Assembly: GCA_963811085.1 (NCBI GenBank)
Contig: CAWEPV010000013.1
Location: 987,304-1,051,303, forward strand
Reading direction: 5' to 3'
Source of the DNA: an uncultured beta proteobacterium
GTDB taxonomy: Bacteria; Pseudomonadota; Gammaproteobacteria; Burkholderiales; SG8-39
Length of the DNA: 64,000 nt
Shown: positions 33,241-44,189 of the stretch, in pieces
How positions within the stretch are numbered: the first letter of the stretch is position 1
Layout of the letters: each line of letters opens with the position of its first letter
The notes under the pieces: model-generated
Database searches by the model: none
The model's input: the letters and a program-made list of their open reading frames with translations, nothing else
Told to the model about the DNA's origin: nothing
Position numbers and translations under genes: made by a program

Positions 33241-34779
33241 GTGAAACGGAACGATTATCTGGAACGCATTCTCAAGGCGCGAGTCTACGACGTGGCGATC
33301 GAATCGCCGCTCGAGCGCGCGCCCGGGCTGTCCAAGCGGCTGCGAAATACGCTCCTGCTCAAGCGCGAGGACCTGCAGCCGGTATTCTCGTTCAAGCTGC
33401 GCGGCGCCTACAACAAGATGGCGAACCTGCCGCCGGCGAAGCTGAGCAAAGGCGTCATCGCCGCCAGCGCGGGCAACCACGCGCAGGGCGTGGCGCTCGC
33501 CGCGCAGCGGCTGGGCTGCCGCGCGGTCATCGTGATGCCGGTAACCACGCCGAAGATCAAGGTCGACGCGGTGGCGGCGCGCGGGGCGGAGGTCGTGCTG
33601 CGCGGCGATTCGTATTCGGACGCGTACGCGCACGCAATGCAGATCAAGCGCCGGCGCGGCCTCACCTTCGTCCACCCCTACGACGACCCCGACGTCATCG
33701 CCGGGCAGGGAACGATCGGGATGGAGATTGCGCGCCAGCACGCCGGGCCGATCGACGCCGTGTTCGTCGCAGTCGGGGGCGGCGGGCTGATCTCGGGCAT
33801 CGCGAGCTACCTCAAGCGGCTGCGCCCGGAAATCAGGATCATCGGCGTCGAGCCGGTCGACGCCGACGCCATGGCGCGCTCGCTCAAGGCCGGCCGGCGG
33901 GTGGTGCTCGATCAGGTCGGACTGTTCGCCGACGGCGTCGCGGTCAAGCAGGTCGGCAAGGAGACTTTCCGCCTGGCGCGCAAGCTGGTCGATGAGATGG
34001 TGCTGGTCGACACCGACGAGATGTGCGCCGCGATCAAGGACGTGTTCGAGGACACGCGCGTGGTCCTCGAGCCGGCGGGCGCGCTCGCGATCGCCGGCGC
34101 AAAGGCATGGGTCGCGAAGCGCGGGGCGCGCGGCAAGACGCTGGTCGCGGTGGCCTGCGGCGCGAACACCAACTTCGACCGCCTGCGCTTCATCGCCGAG
34201 CAGGCCGAGCTGGGCGAGCACCGCGAGGCGATTCTCGCGGTCACCATCCCGGAGCGCCCGGGGAGCTTCAAGAAGTTCTGCGCCACCCTCGGCGCGAAGA
34301 ACATCACCGAGTTCAACTACCGCATCGCCGAATCGCGCGAGGCGCACATTTTCGTCGGCATCGAGACCGCCAACCAGGCGGAAACCGGGAAGATCGTGCG
34401 CAACCTCGAGCGCCACAGCCTGCGCACGCTCGACCTGTCGGACAACGAGATGGCGAAGACTCACCTGCGCCACATGGTCGGCGGGCGCGCGCCATGGTCG
34501 GGCGACCGGCGCGCGGCGCGCGCGGCGAACGAGCTGCTGTACCGCTTCGAGTTCCCCGAGCGGCCCGGCGCGCTGATGCGCTTTCTGAACAACATGCGCG
34601 GCGACTGGAACATCAGCCTGTTCCACTATCGCAACCAGGGCGCCGACTACGGCCGCGTGCTGGTCGGCATCCAGGTACCGCCGCACGAGATGCGCGAGTT
34701 CGGCCAGTTTCTCGCCAAGCTCGGCTATCCCTTCGTCGAAGAAACCCGCAATCCGGCCTACCGGCTGTTCCTCAGCTAG
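33241..34779 (+). CDS. ilvA: Threonine ammonia-lyase, biosynthetic
   Basis: 512 aa; PLP motif FSFKLRGAYNKM and two C-terminal ACT-like regulatory domains. GTG start. Confidence 0.9.
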   Translation: MKRNDYLERILKARVYDVAIESPLERAPGLSKRLRNTLLLKREDLQPVFSFKLRGAYNKMANLPPAKLSKGVIAASAGNHAQGVALAAQRLGCRAVIVMPVTTPKIKVDAVAARGAEVVLRGDSYSDAYAHAMQIKRRRGLTFVHPYDDPDVIAGQGTIGMEIARQHAGPIDAVFVAVGGGGLISGIASYLKRLRPEIRIIGVEPVDADAMARSLKAGRRVVLDQVGLFADGVAVKQVGKETFRLARKLVDEMVLVDTDEMCAAIKDVFEDTRVVLEPAGALAIAGAKAWVAKRGARGKTLVAVACGANTNFDRLRFIAEQAELGEHREAILAVTIPERPGSFKKFCATLGAKNITEFNYRIAESREAHIFVGIETANQAETGKIVRNLERHSLRTLDLSDNEMAKTHLRHMVGGRAPWSGDRRAARAANELLYRFEFPERPGALMRFLNNMRGDWNISLFHYRNQGADYGRVLVGIQVPPHEMREFGQFLAKLGYPFVEETRNPAYRLFLS

Positions 34780-35459
34780 GCCTTGCCGAAGTAGTCCGGT
34801 GCGATCTCACCCGCGTAGCACACCGGGGAGGCGAGCGCGCTCGGCTCCCCGGCCGGCGGCGCGCCGAGGAACACCAGCCCCGGCGGATCGCGCCGGTAGA
34901 CGCCGCGCTCGGTGACCACGTAGTCGAGCGGGATGTCCCAGGACTGGGGGTGAATCGTCTCGATCCGGGCGAGCTCGTAGCTGACCCCGATGGTAGCGGG
35001 CTTCTTGGGGAGGCTCGCCAGTGTGCGGTCGAAAAAGCCGCCGCCGTAGCCCAGCCGGTAGCCCTGCGCGTCCCAGCCGTTCATCGGCAGCAGCACCGCG
35101 TCGGGCGCGAGTTCGGCCGAATCCACCGGGTAGGGGATGCCCATCGCGCCCTCGGCCAGCCTGACCCCGGGGTGCCACTCGCGGAACGCAAGCGGAGTCT
35201 TGGGCGCGAGCACCACCGGCAGCGCAGTGCGCGCGCCGTGCGCGCGCAGCCGGCGCGCGAGGTGGCGCGGGTCGTACTCGTTGCGGATCGGCCAGCAGAT
35301 CGCGACGGTCGCCTTGGCCAGCCCCGGGAACGCGCGCTCGATATGCGTGTCGATGCTCTGACGCCATGATTCGAGCGTGGCGGCGTCGAGCGCGAGGCGC
35401 GCCGCGACGAGCCGTTCGCGCTCTCCGCGGCGCCAGCGCTTGAGCATTTCAATATCCAT
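34776..35459 (-). CDS. 5-Formyltetrahydrofolate cyclo-ligase
   Basis: Start MDIEMLKRWRRGERERL inside ORF 34776..35552; C-terminal GYGGGFFDRTL motif of the MTHFS family. Confidence 0.7.
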   Translation of the reverse strand: MDIEMLKRWRRGERERLVAARLALDAATLESWRQSIDTHIERAFPGLAKATVAICWPIRNEYDPRHLARRLRAHGARTALPVVLAPKTPLAFREWHPGVRLAEGAMGIPYPVDSAELAPDAVLLPMNGWDAQGYRLGYGGGFFDRTLASLPKKPATIGVSYELARIETIHPQSWDIPLDYVVTERGVYRRDPPGLVFLGAPPAGEPSALASPVCYAGEIAPDYFGKA

Positions 35460-35479
35460 GCGCGTGGTATGCTTACTCG

Positions 35480-37420
35480 ATGATTTTGCAGCGTTTCCGC
35501 AATATAGCACTGGCGCTGTGTATGGTCGCGCCAGCTGCCTTCGGCGCAACAAGTGCGGACGAAGCGCTGCTGAAGGCCTACGACGCGTTCAACGCCGGCG
35601 ACGCGATAGCGCTTGCGCGCTACGCGCCAGCGCTCGAAGGCGGCGCGCTCGAGCCGTACGCAGAGTACTGGGCGCTCGAGCTGCGGCTCGAAGACGCGCC
35701 CGATGCCGACGTGCACGCCTTTCTCGCCAAGCATGCCGGAACCTATCTCGCCCAGGCGCTGCGCGCCGACTGGGCCAAGCAGCTCGGCAAGCGCGAGCAA
35801 TGGGAGCGCTTCGAGCGCGCGCTCGCCCCGCTCGAAGCGCGCGACCTGGAGCTTCGCTGCTACGACCGGGCCGCGCGGCTCGCGCGCGGCGATGCGGCAG
35901 CCGTGCCGGAGGGGAAATCCATGTGGCTCGAGCCGGGCGACCTGCCCGCAGGTTGCCAGCTGCTGGCCGACAAGCTCGCCGCGCGCGGCGCGATCCATGC
36001 GAGCGACATCTGGCAGCGCGCGCGGATGCTGTTCGGGCGCGGCCAGATCACCGCGGCCAAGAGCGCGCTCGGCTATCTGCCGCCCGAGCAGGCGCCGGAC
36101 GAGTTGCTGCTCGCGCAGGCGGCGACGCAGCCGCAACAGGTGCTGGCGCGCGTGCCGCGTCATTTCGGGCGGCGCGCCACGCGCGAAGTCGCCGTGCTCG
36201 CGGCGGTGCGGCTTGCAGCCGCGGATCCTCGTCTCGCGGCAGAGGCACTCGAGGGACCGGTAGTGCGCAGGCTGCACGCAACGGAGCGCGCCTATCTGTG
36301 GGGCCGCGTCGCGCTCGAAGGCGCGCGCGCGCACGACGACAAGGCGCTCGACTGGTACGCCAAGCTGGGCCGCTCGCCGCTCGCCTACGACCTGGCGGCC
36401 TGGAAGGCGCGCGCCGGGCTGCGCCGCGGCGACTGGCAGGCGGTGCGCGACGCGATCGACGCCATGTCCGGGCCGGACAGCCGCCAAACGGTGTGGGTCT
36501 ACTGGTATGGGCGCGCGCTCGCGGCACAGGGCAAACCGGAGGCGGCGCGCGCCTACTATCTGCGCATTTCCGGCGAAACCGATTTCTACGGCCTGCTCGC
36601 CACCGAAGAGCTCGGCTCGACGGCGACGTTCCCGCCGTCGACCTACATGCCGACCGAGGCGCAGGTGGCGGCGGCGCGCGGCATTCCGGGTCTCGCGCGC
36701 GCGCTCGAGCTTTACCGGCTTGGCCTGCGCACCGAGGCCACGCATGAATGGGTGTTCGCGATCCGCGGCATGAGCGACCGGGAACTGCTTGCCGCCGCCG
36801 AGCTGGCGCGGCGCGAAAGCGTGTACGACCGCGCCATCAATACCGCGAACATGACCGTGCGCCTGCACGACTACCGCGTCAGGTATCCGGTGCCGTTCGA
36901 GAGCATGTTCGGCGACTACGCGCGCACGCAAGGGCTGGACGAGGCATGGGTGCTCGGCCTGGTGCGCCAGGAAAGCCGCTTTGCCGTCGACGCCCGTTCA
37001 GACGCGGGCGCGCGCGGCTTGATGCAACTCATGCCGCGTACCGCGCGCTGGGTCGCGCGCAAGATCGGCCTGGTGCAATACGAGCCGCACGACGTGGCCG
37101 AGGTCGAGACCAACATCACGCTCGGCACCGGCTACCTGAAGATGGTGCTGGACGACCTCGGGCACGAGGTACTCGCTTCGGCCGCGTACAACGCCGGTCC
37201 GCGGCGGGCGCAGCGCTGGCGCGACGCCAAGCCGCTCGAAGGAGCGGTTTACATCGAGACCATTCCGTTTGGCGAAACGCGTCGCTACGTGAAGAAGGTA
37301 ATGGCGAACGCGGTAATCTACGCTGCGCTGCTCGGCGAGCCGCGCAACTCGCTGCATGCGCGGCTCGGCGTGATACCCGCCGCCGTTCCGGGCGGCAGCG
37401 AAGACGACACGCTTCCCTGA
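35480..37420 (+). CDS. slt: Soluble lytic murein transglycosylase
   Basis: 646 aa: signal peptide, superhelical domain and a C-terminal lysozyme-like domain (ESRFAVDARSDAGARGLMQLMPRTA...AAYNAGPRR). Confidence 0.85.
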   Translation: MILQRFRNIALALCMVAPAAFGATSADEALLKAYDAFNAGDAIALARYAPALEGGALEPYAEYWALELRLEDAPDADVHAFLAKHAGTYLAQALRADWAKQLGKREQWERFERALAPLEARDLELRCYDRAARLARGDAAAVPEGKSMWLEPGDLPAGCQLLADKLAARGAIHASDIWQRARMLFGRGQITAAKSALGYLPPEQAPDELLLAQAATQPQQVLARVPRHFGRRATREVAVLAAVRLAAADPRLAAEALEGPVVRRLHATERAYLWGRVALEGARAHDDKALDWYAKLGRSPLAYDLAAWKARAGLRRGDWQAVRDAIDAMSGPDSRQTVWVYWYGRALAAQGKPEAARAYYLRISGETDFYGLLATEELGSTATFPPSTYMPTEAQVAAARGIPGLARALELYRLGLRTEATHEWVFAIRGMSDRELLAAAELARRESVYDRAINTANMTVRLHDYRVRYPVPFESMFGDYARTQGLDEAWVLGLVRQESRFAVDARSDAGARGLMQLMPRTARWVARKIGLVQYEPHDVAEVETNITLGTGYLKMVLDDLGHEVLASAAYNAGPRRAQRWRDAKPLEGAVYIETIPFGETRRYVKKVMANAVIYAALLGEPRNSLHARLGVIPAAVPGGSEDDTLP

Positions 37421-37436
37421 CGGATCCGATACGGCC

Positions 37437-38369
37437 ATGCGCTACGAAAACATCCTCGTTCTGGGCGGCGGCGGTTTCGTCGGCCGCCACCTCGTCTCCG
37501 CGCTCGCCGCGCAGGGCGTTCGCGTCACGGTCCCGTCGCGCAGCCGCGAGCGCGCCAAGCACCTCCTGCTGCTGCCCACGGTCGACGTGGTCGAGTGCGA
37601 CCTCAACCGGCGCGACGCGCTCTCGGCGCTGGTCGCCGGGCGCGACGCGGTGGTCAATCTGGTCGGCATCCTGCACGGCCCCAACTTCGCCCGCGCGCAC
37701 GTCGAGCTGCCGCAGGCGGTACTCGCGGCCTGCCGCGAGCACGGCGTGCGGCGCGTGCTGCACATGAGCGCGCTCGGGGCCTCGAGCGACGCGCCGTCCG
37801 AGTACCTGCGCTCAAAGGGCGCGGGCGAACAGGCGGTGCTCGCGGCGAACGATCTCGACGTAACGGTCTTCCGCCCCTCGGTGATCTTCGGCCCCGAAGA
37901 CGCCTTCCTCAACCTGTTCGCGATGCTCGCCCGGCTGATGCCGGTGCTGCTGCTGGCGTGCCCGCAGGCGCGCTTCCAGCCGGTCTACGTGCGCGACGTG
38001 GCGCGGGTGATGATCGACGCGCTGGGCGAGAGCAAGTCGTTCGGCCGGGCCTACGACCTGTGCGGGCCCAAGGCCTACACGCTGCGCGAGCTGGTCGAAA
38101 CCGTTTGCCGGCTCACCGGCCGCCGCCGGCTGGTGCTCGGCCTGCCAGACTGGCTTTCGACCCTGCAGGCCTTGCTGCTGGAGCTCGCGCCCGGCGAGCC
38201 TCTGATGACGCGCGACAACCTCCGCTCGATGCAGGTTCCGAGCGTGTGCGATTGCAGCCTGCCGTTCGGCGTCGTGCCGCAGGAGCTCGAGGCGCTGGCG
38301 CCCGCCTGGCTCGCGCCGAGCGGTGCGCGGCGGCGCTACCCCGTGTTCCGCTGGCGCGCGCGCAGATGA
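37437..38369 (+). CDS. NAD(P)-binding SDR protein of the complex I NDUFA9-like family
   Basis: 310 aa; [15 protein letters not shown] Rossmann motif and the architecture of an atypical SDR. Confidence 0.7.
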   Translation: MRYENILVLGGGGFVGRHLVSALAAQGVRVTVPSRSRERAKHLLLLPTVDVVECDLNRRDALSALVAGRDAVVNLVGILHGPNFARAHVELPQAVLAACREHGVRRVLHMSALGASSDAPSEYLRSKGAGEQAVLAANDLDVTVFRPSVIFGPEDAFLNLFAMLARLMPVLLLACPQARFQPVYVRDVARVMIDALGESKSFGRAYDLCGPKAYTLRELVETVCRLTGRRRLVLGLPDWLSTLQALLLELAPGEPLMTRDNLRSMQVPSVCDCSLPFGVVPQELEALAPAWLAPSGARRRYPVFRWRARR

Positions 38370-39019
38370 GCGGGCTGGTCCTGGTCGTCGGCAACAAGAA
38401 CTACTCGTCCTGGTCGTTGCGGCCGTGGCTGGCGATGAAGGCGCTCGGGCTCGAGTTCGAGGAGCGGCGCGTCTCGCTCTACGTCCCGGGTGCCAAGGAG
38501 CGTCTGCTGGGCTACTCGCCGGCGGGCAAGGTGCCGATCCTGATCGACGGCGAGCGAAGAGTATGGGACTCGCTCGCCATCCTCGAGTACCTGGCCGAGA
38601 GCCACCCGTCGCTGTGGCCCGCGGCGCCGGCGGCGCGCGCGGTCGCGCGCTCGATCAGCGCCGAGATGCACTCCGGCTTCGGCGCGCTGCGCCAGCACAT
38701 GAGCATGAACATCCGCAAGCGCCACCCCGGCAAGGGGCGCACGCCCGAGGCGCTCGCGGACGTCACGCGCATCGTCGCGATGTGGAGCGACTGCCGTGCG
38801 CGCTTCGGCGCAGCCGGCCCGTTCCTGTTCGGCGCCTTTGGCGCGGCCGACGCGATGTACGCGCCCGTGGTACTGCGCTTTCGCACCTACGCGGTCGAGC
38901 TTCCGCCGACCTGCCGCGCCTATGCCGATGCGGTGCTCGCGCTGCCGGCGCTGGGCGAGTGGATCGAGGCCGCCGAACGCGAGACCGAGTCGCTGCCGCA
39001 GTTCGAGATGTACGGCTGA
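38366..39019 (+). CDS. Glutathione S-transferase family protein
   Basis: Start [33 protein letters not shown] inside ORF 37595..39019; GST N- and C-terminal domains. Confidence 0.8.
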   Translation: MSGLVLVVGNKNYSSWSLRPWLAMKALGLEFEERRVSLYVPGAKERLLGYSPAGKVPILIDGERRVWDSLAILEYLAESHPSLWPAAPAARAVARSISAEMHSGFGALRQHMSMNIRKRHPGKGRTPEALADVTRIVAMWSDCRARFGAAGPFLFGAFGAADAMYAPVVLRFRTYAVELPPTCRAYADAVLALPALGEWIEAAERETESLPQFEMYG

Positions 39020-39565
39020 ATGCGCATCACGCTGCCCGACCGTACCCGGCTCCACCGGCTGGCTGCCGCTGCCGCGCTGGTCGCGGCGCTGTGGGGCGTG
39101 CACGCCGAGCTGCCTGCCGGATTCGCGCTGCACTTTCTCGGCGCGACGCTGATGTACCTCATGTTCGGCACGCCGCTCGCGCTTGCGGGAATGGCCCTCG
39201 CGGCGGCGCTCGCCTGCGCGCTCGGCGGCGGAGACTGGCATGCGTTGCCCGCGCTCTGGCTGGCCGACGGGGCCGTGCCGGTCGCGTGCGCCTTCGCCGC
39301 TCACCGGCTGATCGAGCGCTATGCGCCGTCCAACCTGTTCGTCTATGTCTTCGGCGCCGCCTTCGCGGGCGCCGGACTGTCGATGTTCGCTTCGCTCGCC
39401 GCCCATCGCCTGCTCGGCGACAGCGTGGAGCCTTTCGTCGCACTGGGGCTGATGCTCGGCTTCGGCGAGGCCTTCCTGACCGGCGCGCTGGTGACGCTGT
39501 TCGTGGTCTACCGCCACGACTGGGTGTGCACCTTCGACGACACGCGTTATCTCGCGCGGCGATGA
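39020..39565 (+). CDS. Conserved polytopic membrane protein, function unknown
   Basis: 181 aa with ~5 hydrophobic helices, good G+C-biased codon usage, and tight coupling to the flanking genes (GST stop to TG-ATG; ATGA overlap with cca). Confidence 0.5.
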   Translation: MRITLPDRTRLHRLAAAAALVAALWGVHAELPAGFALHFLGATLMYLMFGTPLALAGMALAAALACALGGGDWHALPALWLADGAVPVACAFAAHRLIERYAPSNLFVYVFGAAFAGAGLSMFASLAAHRLLGDSVEPFVALGLMLGFGEAFLTGALVTLFVVYRHDWVCTFDDTRYLARR

Positions 39566-40656
39566 AGGCCTACGTGGTCGGCGGTGCGGTGCGCGACGAG
39601 CTGCTCGGCCTGCCGGTCGCCGACCGCGACTGGGTGGTGGTCGGCGCCACGCCCGAGCAGATGACCGCCGAGGGCTACCGGCCCGTGGGGCGCGATTTCC
39701 CCGTCTTCCTGCATCCCCGGACCAAGGAGGAATACGCGCTCGCGCGCACCGAGCGCAAGAGCGGGCGCGGCTACCGCGGATTCACCGTTTACGCCGCGCC
39801 CGAGGTGACGCTCGAGGAGGACCTGAAGCGGCGCGATCTCACGCTCAACGCGATGGCGCGCACCGAGGACGGTACGCTCATCGACCCGTTCGGCGGCAGG
39901 CGCGACCTCGAGGCGGGCGTGCTGCGCCATGTGAGCGAGGCCTTCGCCGAGGATCCGGTGCGCATCCTGCGCGTGGCGCGCTTCGCCGCGCGCTTCGACT
40001 TCCGCGTCGCCGACGAGACCGCAGCGCTGATGCGGCGCATGGTCGAGGCGGGCGAAGTGGAGGATCTCGTCCCCGAGCGCGTGTGGCAGGAATTCGCCAA
40101 AGGACTCGCTGAGCGGCACCCGCGCCGGCTGTTCGCAGTACTGGCCGAGTGCGGCGCGCTGGCGCGGCTGCTGCCTGAGATCCGGGCCGATGAGGCGCTC
40201 TACGCCGCGCTCGGGCGAGCGGCGCAGGAAGGCGCACCGCTTGCGCTGCGCTTTGCGCTGCTCGCGTGGCCGCTCGACGAGGCGGCCGTGCGCTCGCTGT
40301 GCGCGCGGTTGCGCGCGCCGAACGAGGCGAGCGAGCTCGCGCTCGCGGCATGCCGCTGCCGCGAGCGGATTCGCGCTGCGGGCCGCGCCGATTCCGCCGC
40401 GCTTCTGGAGACCCTCAAGCGCGCCGATTCCATCCGGCGCGCCGACCGGTTCGGCCAGCTGCTGACCGTGGCGCGCCTGGCCGAGCCGGGCGACGCGAGC
40501 GAGCGCGCAATCGGCCGCCTGCGGCTCGCGCTCGCCGCAGCGCAGGGCGTGGACGCCGCGGCGATCGCGCGCGCGACGCCCTCGCCGGCCGAGATCCCGG
40601 CGCGGCTCGATCGCGCGCGCGAACGGGCGATCGCCGCCTCGCTCGCCGAAAGCTAG
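39562..40656 (+). CDS. cca: CCA tRNA nucleotidyltransferase (short class II type)
   Basis: Start [26 protein letters not shown] inside ORF 38323..40656; poly(A) polymerase head domain. Confidence 0.85.
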   Translation: MKAYVVGGAVRDELLGLPVADRDWVVVGATPEQMTAEGYRPVGRDFPVFLHPRTKEEYALARTERKSGRGYRGFTVYAAPEVTLEEDLKRRDLTLNAMARTEDGTLIDPFGGRRDLEAGVLRHVSEAFAEDPVRILRVARFAARFDFRVADETAALMRRMVEAGEVEDLVPERVWQEFAKGLAERHPRRLFAVLAECGALARLLPEIRADEALYAALGRAAQEGAPLALRFALLAWPLDEAAVRSLCARLRAPNEASELALAACRCRERIRAAGRADSAALLETLKRADSIRRADRFGQLLTVARLAEPGDASERAIGRLRLALAAAQGVDAAAIARATPSPAEIPARLDRARERAIAASLAES

Positions 40657-40847
40657 AGCAGGCGGCCGATCAGGTAGACCGCGAGCGACAGCACCACGGT
40701 GCTGGCGAAGGGGATGTAATAGATGCGCCCGCGCAGCGGAATTTTGAGATCGCCCGGCAAGCGCCCGATTCCCAGACGAGAGAACCACGGCTGCGCCGCG
40801 GACAGCACCGCGAGTGCGATGAACAGGGTCAACAGCCACTTCAGCAC
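40653..40847 (-). CDS. DUF2905-family small membrane protein
   Basis: 64 aa with two TM helices; the GIGRLPGDL loop pattern is recalled from the family. Confidence 0.6.
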   Translation of the reverse strand: MLKWLLTLFIALAVLSAAQPWFSRLGIGRLPGDLKIPLRGRIYYIPFASTVVLSLAVYLIGRLL

Positions 40848-40922
40848 GGCGAAACACCTCCTCTACGCAACGCCTCCGGAGGCGCTAAACTCGTCGCCTT
40901 TGACCGGACAGGGAGAACGCCG

Positions 40923-41549
40923 ATGATCGACCTCTACACTTGGGGCACGCCCAACGGCCGCAAGGTTTCCATCATGCTGGAGGAGTGCGGCCTGACGTAC
41001 CGAGTGCACAGCATCGACATCGGCAAGGGCGACCAGTTCAAGCCCGAGTTCGTGGCGATCAACCCGAACAGCAAGATCCCCGCGATCGTAGACTCCGAGG
41101 GGCCGGACGGCAAGCCGATGTCGCTGTTCGAGTCGGGCGCGATCCTGGTCTATCTCGCCGGCAAAACCGGAAAATTCCTGCCGCGCTCGGTGCGCGACAA
41201 GTACGACGCACTGCAGTGGCTGATGTTCCAGATGGGCGGCGTCGGGCCGATGTTCGGCCAGGCGCACCACTTCATCCGCGCGAAGAAGGACGAAGTCCCC
41301 TACGGCACCGAGCGCTACGTAAACGAAGCGAAACGCCTGTACGGCGTCATGGACAAGCATCTCGCGCGCCATGCCTACCTCGCCGCGGGCGAATATACGA
41401 TCGCCGACATCGCCACCTACCCGTGGGCGGCTCGCCACGAATGGCATCGGGTCGACCTAGCCTCGTTTCCGAACGTGAAGCGCTGGTTCGACACCATTTC
41501 CCGCCGCCCGGCCGTGCCGCGCGGGATGGCCGTTCCGTACCTGAACTGA
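40923..41549 (+). CDS. Glutathione S-transferase (YfcG/YghU nu-class-like)
   Basis: Start MIDLYTWGTPNGRKVSIMLEECGL inside ORF 40266..41549; GST fold. Confidence 0.8.
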   Translation: MIDLYTWGTPNGRKVSIMLEECGLTYRVHSIDIGKGDQFKPEFVAINPNSKIPAIVDSEGPDGKPMSLFESGAILVYLAGKTGKFLPRSVRDKYDALQWLMFQMGGVGPMFGQAHHFIRAKKDEVPYGTERYVNEAKRLYGVMDKHLARHAYLAAGEYTIADIATYPWAARHEWHRVDLASFPNVKRWFDTISRRPAVPRGMAVPYLN

Positions 41550-41554
41550 GCCGC

Positions 41555-42346
41555 GTGCTGGAGCTGCTGGCGCTGCCGGCGGGCGCGGGCGCCGCTGCGC
41601 GCGCGCCGCTGATCTTCGTGCACGGCGCCTACGTCGGCGCGTGGTGCTGGGCCGAGCATTTCCTGCCCTGGTTCGCCGAGCGCGGCCACCCGGTCTGCGC
41701 GCTGTCGCTGCGCGGGCACGGCGCCAGCGCAGGGCGCGAGCGGCTGCACGAATTCGGCCTGGCGGACTTCGCCGACGACCTGGCGTCCGCGCTCGAGGGA
41801 TTCGAGCGCCCGCCGGTACTCGTCGGGCATTCGATGGGCGCGCTGGTGGTGCAGAAGTACCTCGAGCGCAATCCGGGCGCGGCGCAGGCCGCGGCGCTCT
41901 TCTGTCCCGTGCCGCCATTCGGCATCCTGCCGTCGTCGTTCTCGCTTGCGCTGACGCACCCCGGCTTGTTCGCCGAAATCAATGCGCTCGCATTCGGCGG
42001 GCGTGCCTCGCGCGCCGCGCTGCAGCAGGCGCTGTTCGCCGGCCCGGTGGAGGCCGAGCGCCTGGAGCGCTATTTCACGCGCATGCAGCCTGAGTCGCGG
42101 CGCGCGATCCTCGACATGAGCGGCTGGGGGCTGCCGCAGACCTGGCGCACGACGCTGCCCGACACGGTCGTGTTCGGCGCCGAGCGCGACGTGCTGATTT
42201 CGCCCGCGCTCGCGCAGAGCACGGCCCAGTTGCTCGGCGCCGACTACCGAACGCTGCCCGGGCTGGGCCACGCCGTGATGCTCGAGCCGGGCTGGCGCTT
42301 GGCGGCGGAGGCGCTTGCCGATTGGCTCGACGAGCGCGGGGCCTGA
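41555..42346 (+). CDS. Alpha/beta-fold hydrolase
   Basis: GHSMGALVV nucleophile elbow and LPGLGHAVMLEP catalytic His region. GTG start at 41555 inferred. Confidence 0.7.
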   Translation: MLELLALPAGAGAAARAPLIFVHGAYVGAWCWAEHFLPWFAERGHPVCALSLRGHGASAGRERLHEFGLADFADDLASALEGFERPPVLVGHSMGALVVQKYLERNPGAAQAAALFCPVPPFGILPSSFSLALTHPGLFAEINALAFGGRASRAALQQALFAGPVEAERLERYFTRMQPESRRAILDMSGWGLPQTWRTTLPDTVVFGAERDVLISPALAQSTAQLLGADYRTLPGLGHAVMLEPGWRLAAEALADWLDERGA

Positions 42347-43018
42347 TCAGGGCGCCTTCTTCGCGTACTTGGCGAGAAAGGCGTTGATGTCATCGATGCG
42401 CAGCTGCGGCTCGTCGGGGTCAGGCTGCGAGCCGACCACGCGGTTCATCCATTCCATGTTCTTCTCCATGCGCGCGACCACGGCACGCCACTCCTCGGCG
42501 GTGTGGCGCTTGGGATCGGGCAGAACGTGGCATTGGCGGCAGGCGAGCCGGAACGGTTCGCCGCGCGGGGTGAACGCCTCCGGGTAGCGGCGCGGGTCGA
42601 GAGGCTTTTGCCCGTGGCGGCGCAGGTAATCGAGCAGCACGCGCTCTTCGTCTTCACTCGGCGCGCGCAGGCCGGCCATCATCTCGTGCATCAACCGCCC
42701 CATGTTGCCCTTGCCGCGCATGCGCGCGGCCATGCGCTCCACCACCTTAGGCCATTTCGCCGCCTGGTGCATGGCCGGATTCGGCAGGTTGTGGCACTGC
42801 ACGCAGTAGCGCACCGTAAGTTCCGCTCCGGGCGAGTCCGGCTCGGGCAGCATCTCCGGCTCGAAGCCGGGCGGGAGGATGCGCTCCAGCATCGGCCCGT
42901 AGGGGCTTTCCTGCCAACGCTGTTTCGCCTGTGCAACCGCGGCGTCGTAGTCCGACGCGCCGGCCGCGGCGGCGTGCGCGACGGCCAGCGCGAGACAGAG
43001 GACAGACACGCGCAGCAT
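42347..43018 (-). CDS. Periplasmic dihaem c-type cytochrome
   Basis: Start MLRVSVLCLALAVAHAAAAGA (signal peptide) inside ORF 42347..43615; two CxxCH motifs (CVQCHN and CRQCHV). Confidence 0.65.
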   Translation of the reverse strand: MLRVSVLCLALAVAHAAAAGASDYDAAVAQAKQRWQESPYGPMLERILPPGFEPEMLPEPDSPGAELTVRYCVQCHNLPNPAMHQAAKWPKVVERMAARMRGKGNMGRLMHEMMAGLRAPSEDEERVLLDYLRRHGQKPLDPRRYPEAFTPRGEPFRLACRQCHVLPDPKRHTAEEWRAVVARMEKNMEWMNRVVGSQPDPDEPQLRIDDINAFLAKYAKKAP

Positions 43019-43020
43019 GC

Positions 43021-44148
43021 TCAAAGCGTATGCGACCGATCTCCGCGCGTAAAGCCCGCGAGCGGCTGCGCGACGCCGCGCCCCAGGGCAAGCACCTTGA
43101 ACAGCTCGCCCATTTCGGCCGGCGAAAGCAGCGTCTGCGCCTGCGCCGCGAGCGGGGCGTAGCGGCGCACATCCGCCGCGTCGACCTGCCCCAGAATGTC
43201 GGTCAGGCCGCAGTTGAGCAGGAAGTCGGCCTGCGAGGCGTAGCCGAGCACGTCCAGGTCGGCGTCGGCGGCGGCGTGGGCGAGCGCGCTGAAATCGACG
43301 TGCGCCGTGATGTCCTGCAGCCCCGGCAGGTAGAACGGATCGCCGTGCGCGCGGTGCCGGTAGTGGCACATCAGGGTGCCCATCGAGCGCTGCGGGTGGT
43401 AGTACTCGCGCGCCGGAAAGCCGTAGTCGACGATCAGGATGGCGCCCGCCTCGAGCATGCCGGCGAGCGCCGCGATCCACGCCCTGCCGGCCAGCCCGAG
43501 CTCGCTTTCGTAGCGCTCCGACGGCGGCAGCGCGATCTCGATCGCGCGCGCCGCGTCGAGCACCGCGCCCGCGGCCGGGCGCTCGCTCCAGGCGAGCATG
43601 CCTTCGTTGGCGCACACGCCGCGCTCGGCAATGCCGTTCCGGGTCCAGGCAACCGCGTGCACCGGCATCGCATCCAGCACTTCGTTTGCCAGCACCACGC
43701 CGCGGAAGCGCTCCGGCAGGCGCTCGAGCCAGCGCGCGCGAGCGCCGATGCGGTCGCGCTGGCGCCCGGCCAGCTCGGCGCTCGGCTCGACGATGAAGTA
43801 GGGCTGCCCCGCGGGCAGGGCGTCGAGCAGGGCGGCGGCGAGCGCGCCGCTGCCGGCACCGAACTCGAGGATCGCCGCACCGGGCTCGAGCAGCGCGGCG
43901 ACCTGGCGCGCGAGCGTGCGCCCGAACAGCGCACCCAGCTCCGGCGCGGTGACGAAGTCGCCCGCCGCGCCGAGCTTGGCCGCCCCGCCCGCGTAGTAGC
44001 CAAGGCCGGGCTGGTACAGCGCGAGCTCCATGTAGCGCGCGAAGCTGATCCAGTTGCGCCCGGCCGCGAGCTCGGCGCCGATGCGCTCCATCAGCGCGCG
44101 GCTCGCCGCGCGCGCCTGCGGGCCGGGTTCGGGCAGGGACGAATCCAT
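43021..44148 (-). CDS. MidA-type (DUF185) class I SAM-dependent methyltransferase
   Basis: 375 aa; ILEFGAGSGALAAALLDAL SAM-binding motif and MidA-like C-terminal region. Confidence 0.8.
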   Translation of the reverse strand: MDSSLPEPGPQARAASRALMERIGAELAAGRNWISFARYMELALYQPGLGYYAGGAAKLGAAGDFVTAPELGALFGRTLARQVAALLEPGAAILEFGAGSGALAAALLDALPAGQPYFIVEPSAELAGRQRDRIGARARWLERLPERFRGVVLANEVLDAMPVHAVAWTRNGIAERGVCANEGMLAWSERPAAGAVLDAARAIEIALPPSERYESELGLAGRAWIAALAGMLEAGAILIVDYGFPAREYYHPQRSMGTLMCHYRHRAHGDPFYLPGLQDITAHVDFSALAHAAADADLDVLGYASQADFLLNCGLTDILGQVDAADVRRYAPLAAQAQTLLSPAEMGELFKVLALGRGVAQPLAGFTRGDRSHTL

Positions 44149-44189
44149 TCTCGGCCTAGGCTACCCGGTCCGCTAGAATTCGCAACGCG

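Noticed and set aside
38323-40656. 777-aa ORF
   Set aside because: Only the last 364 codons, from the ATG at 39562, are cca. The upstream part is the alternative frame of the GST and membrane-protein genes.
42347-43615. 422-aa version of the cytochrome ORF
   Set aside because: The N-terminal 200 residues are Arg/Ala/Gly text antisense to the MidA methyltransferase gene. A signal peptide begins at the internal Met, so the gene is called as 42347..43018.
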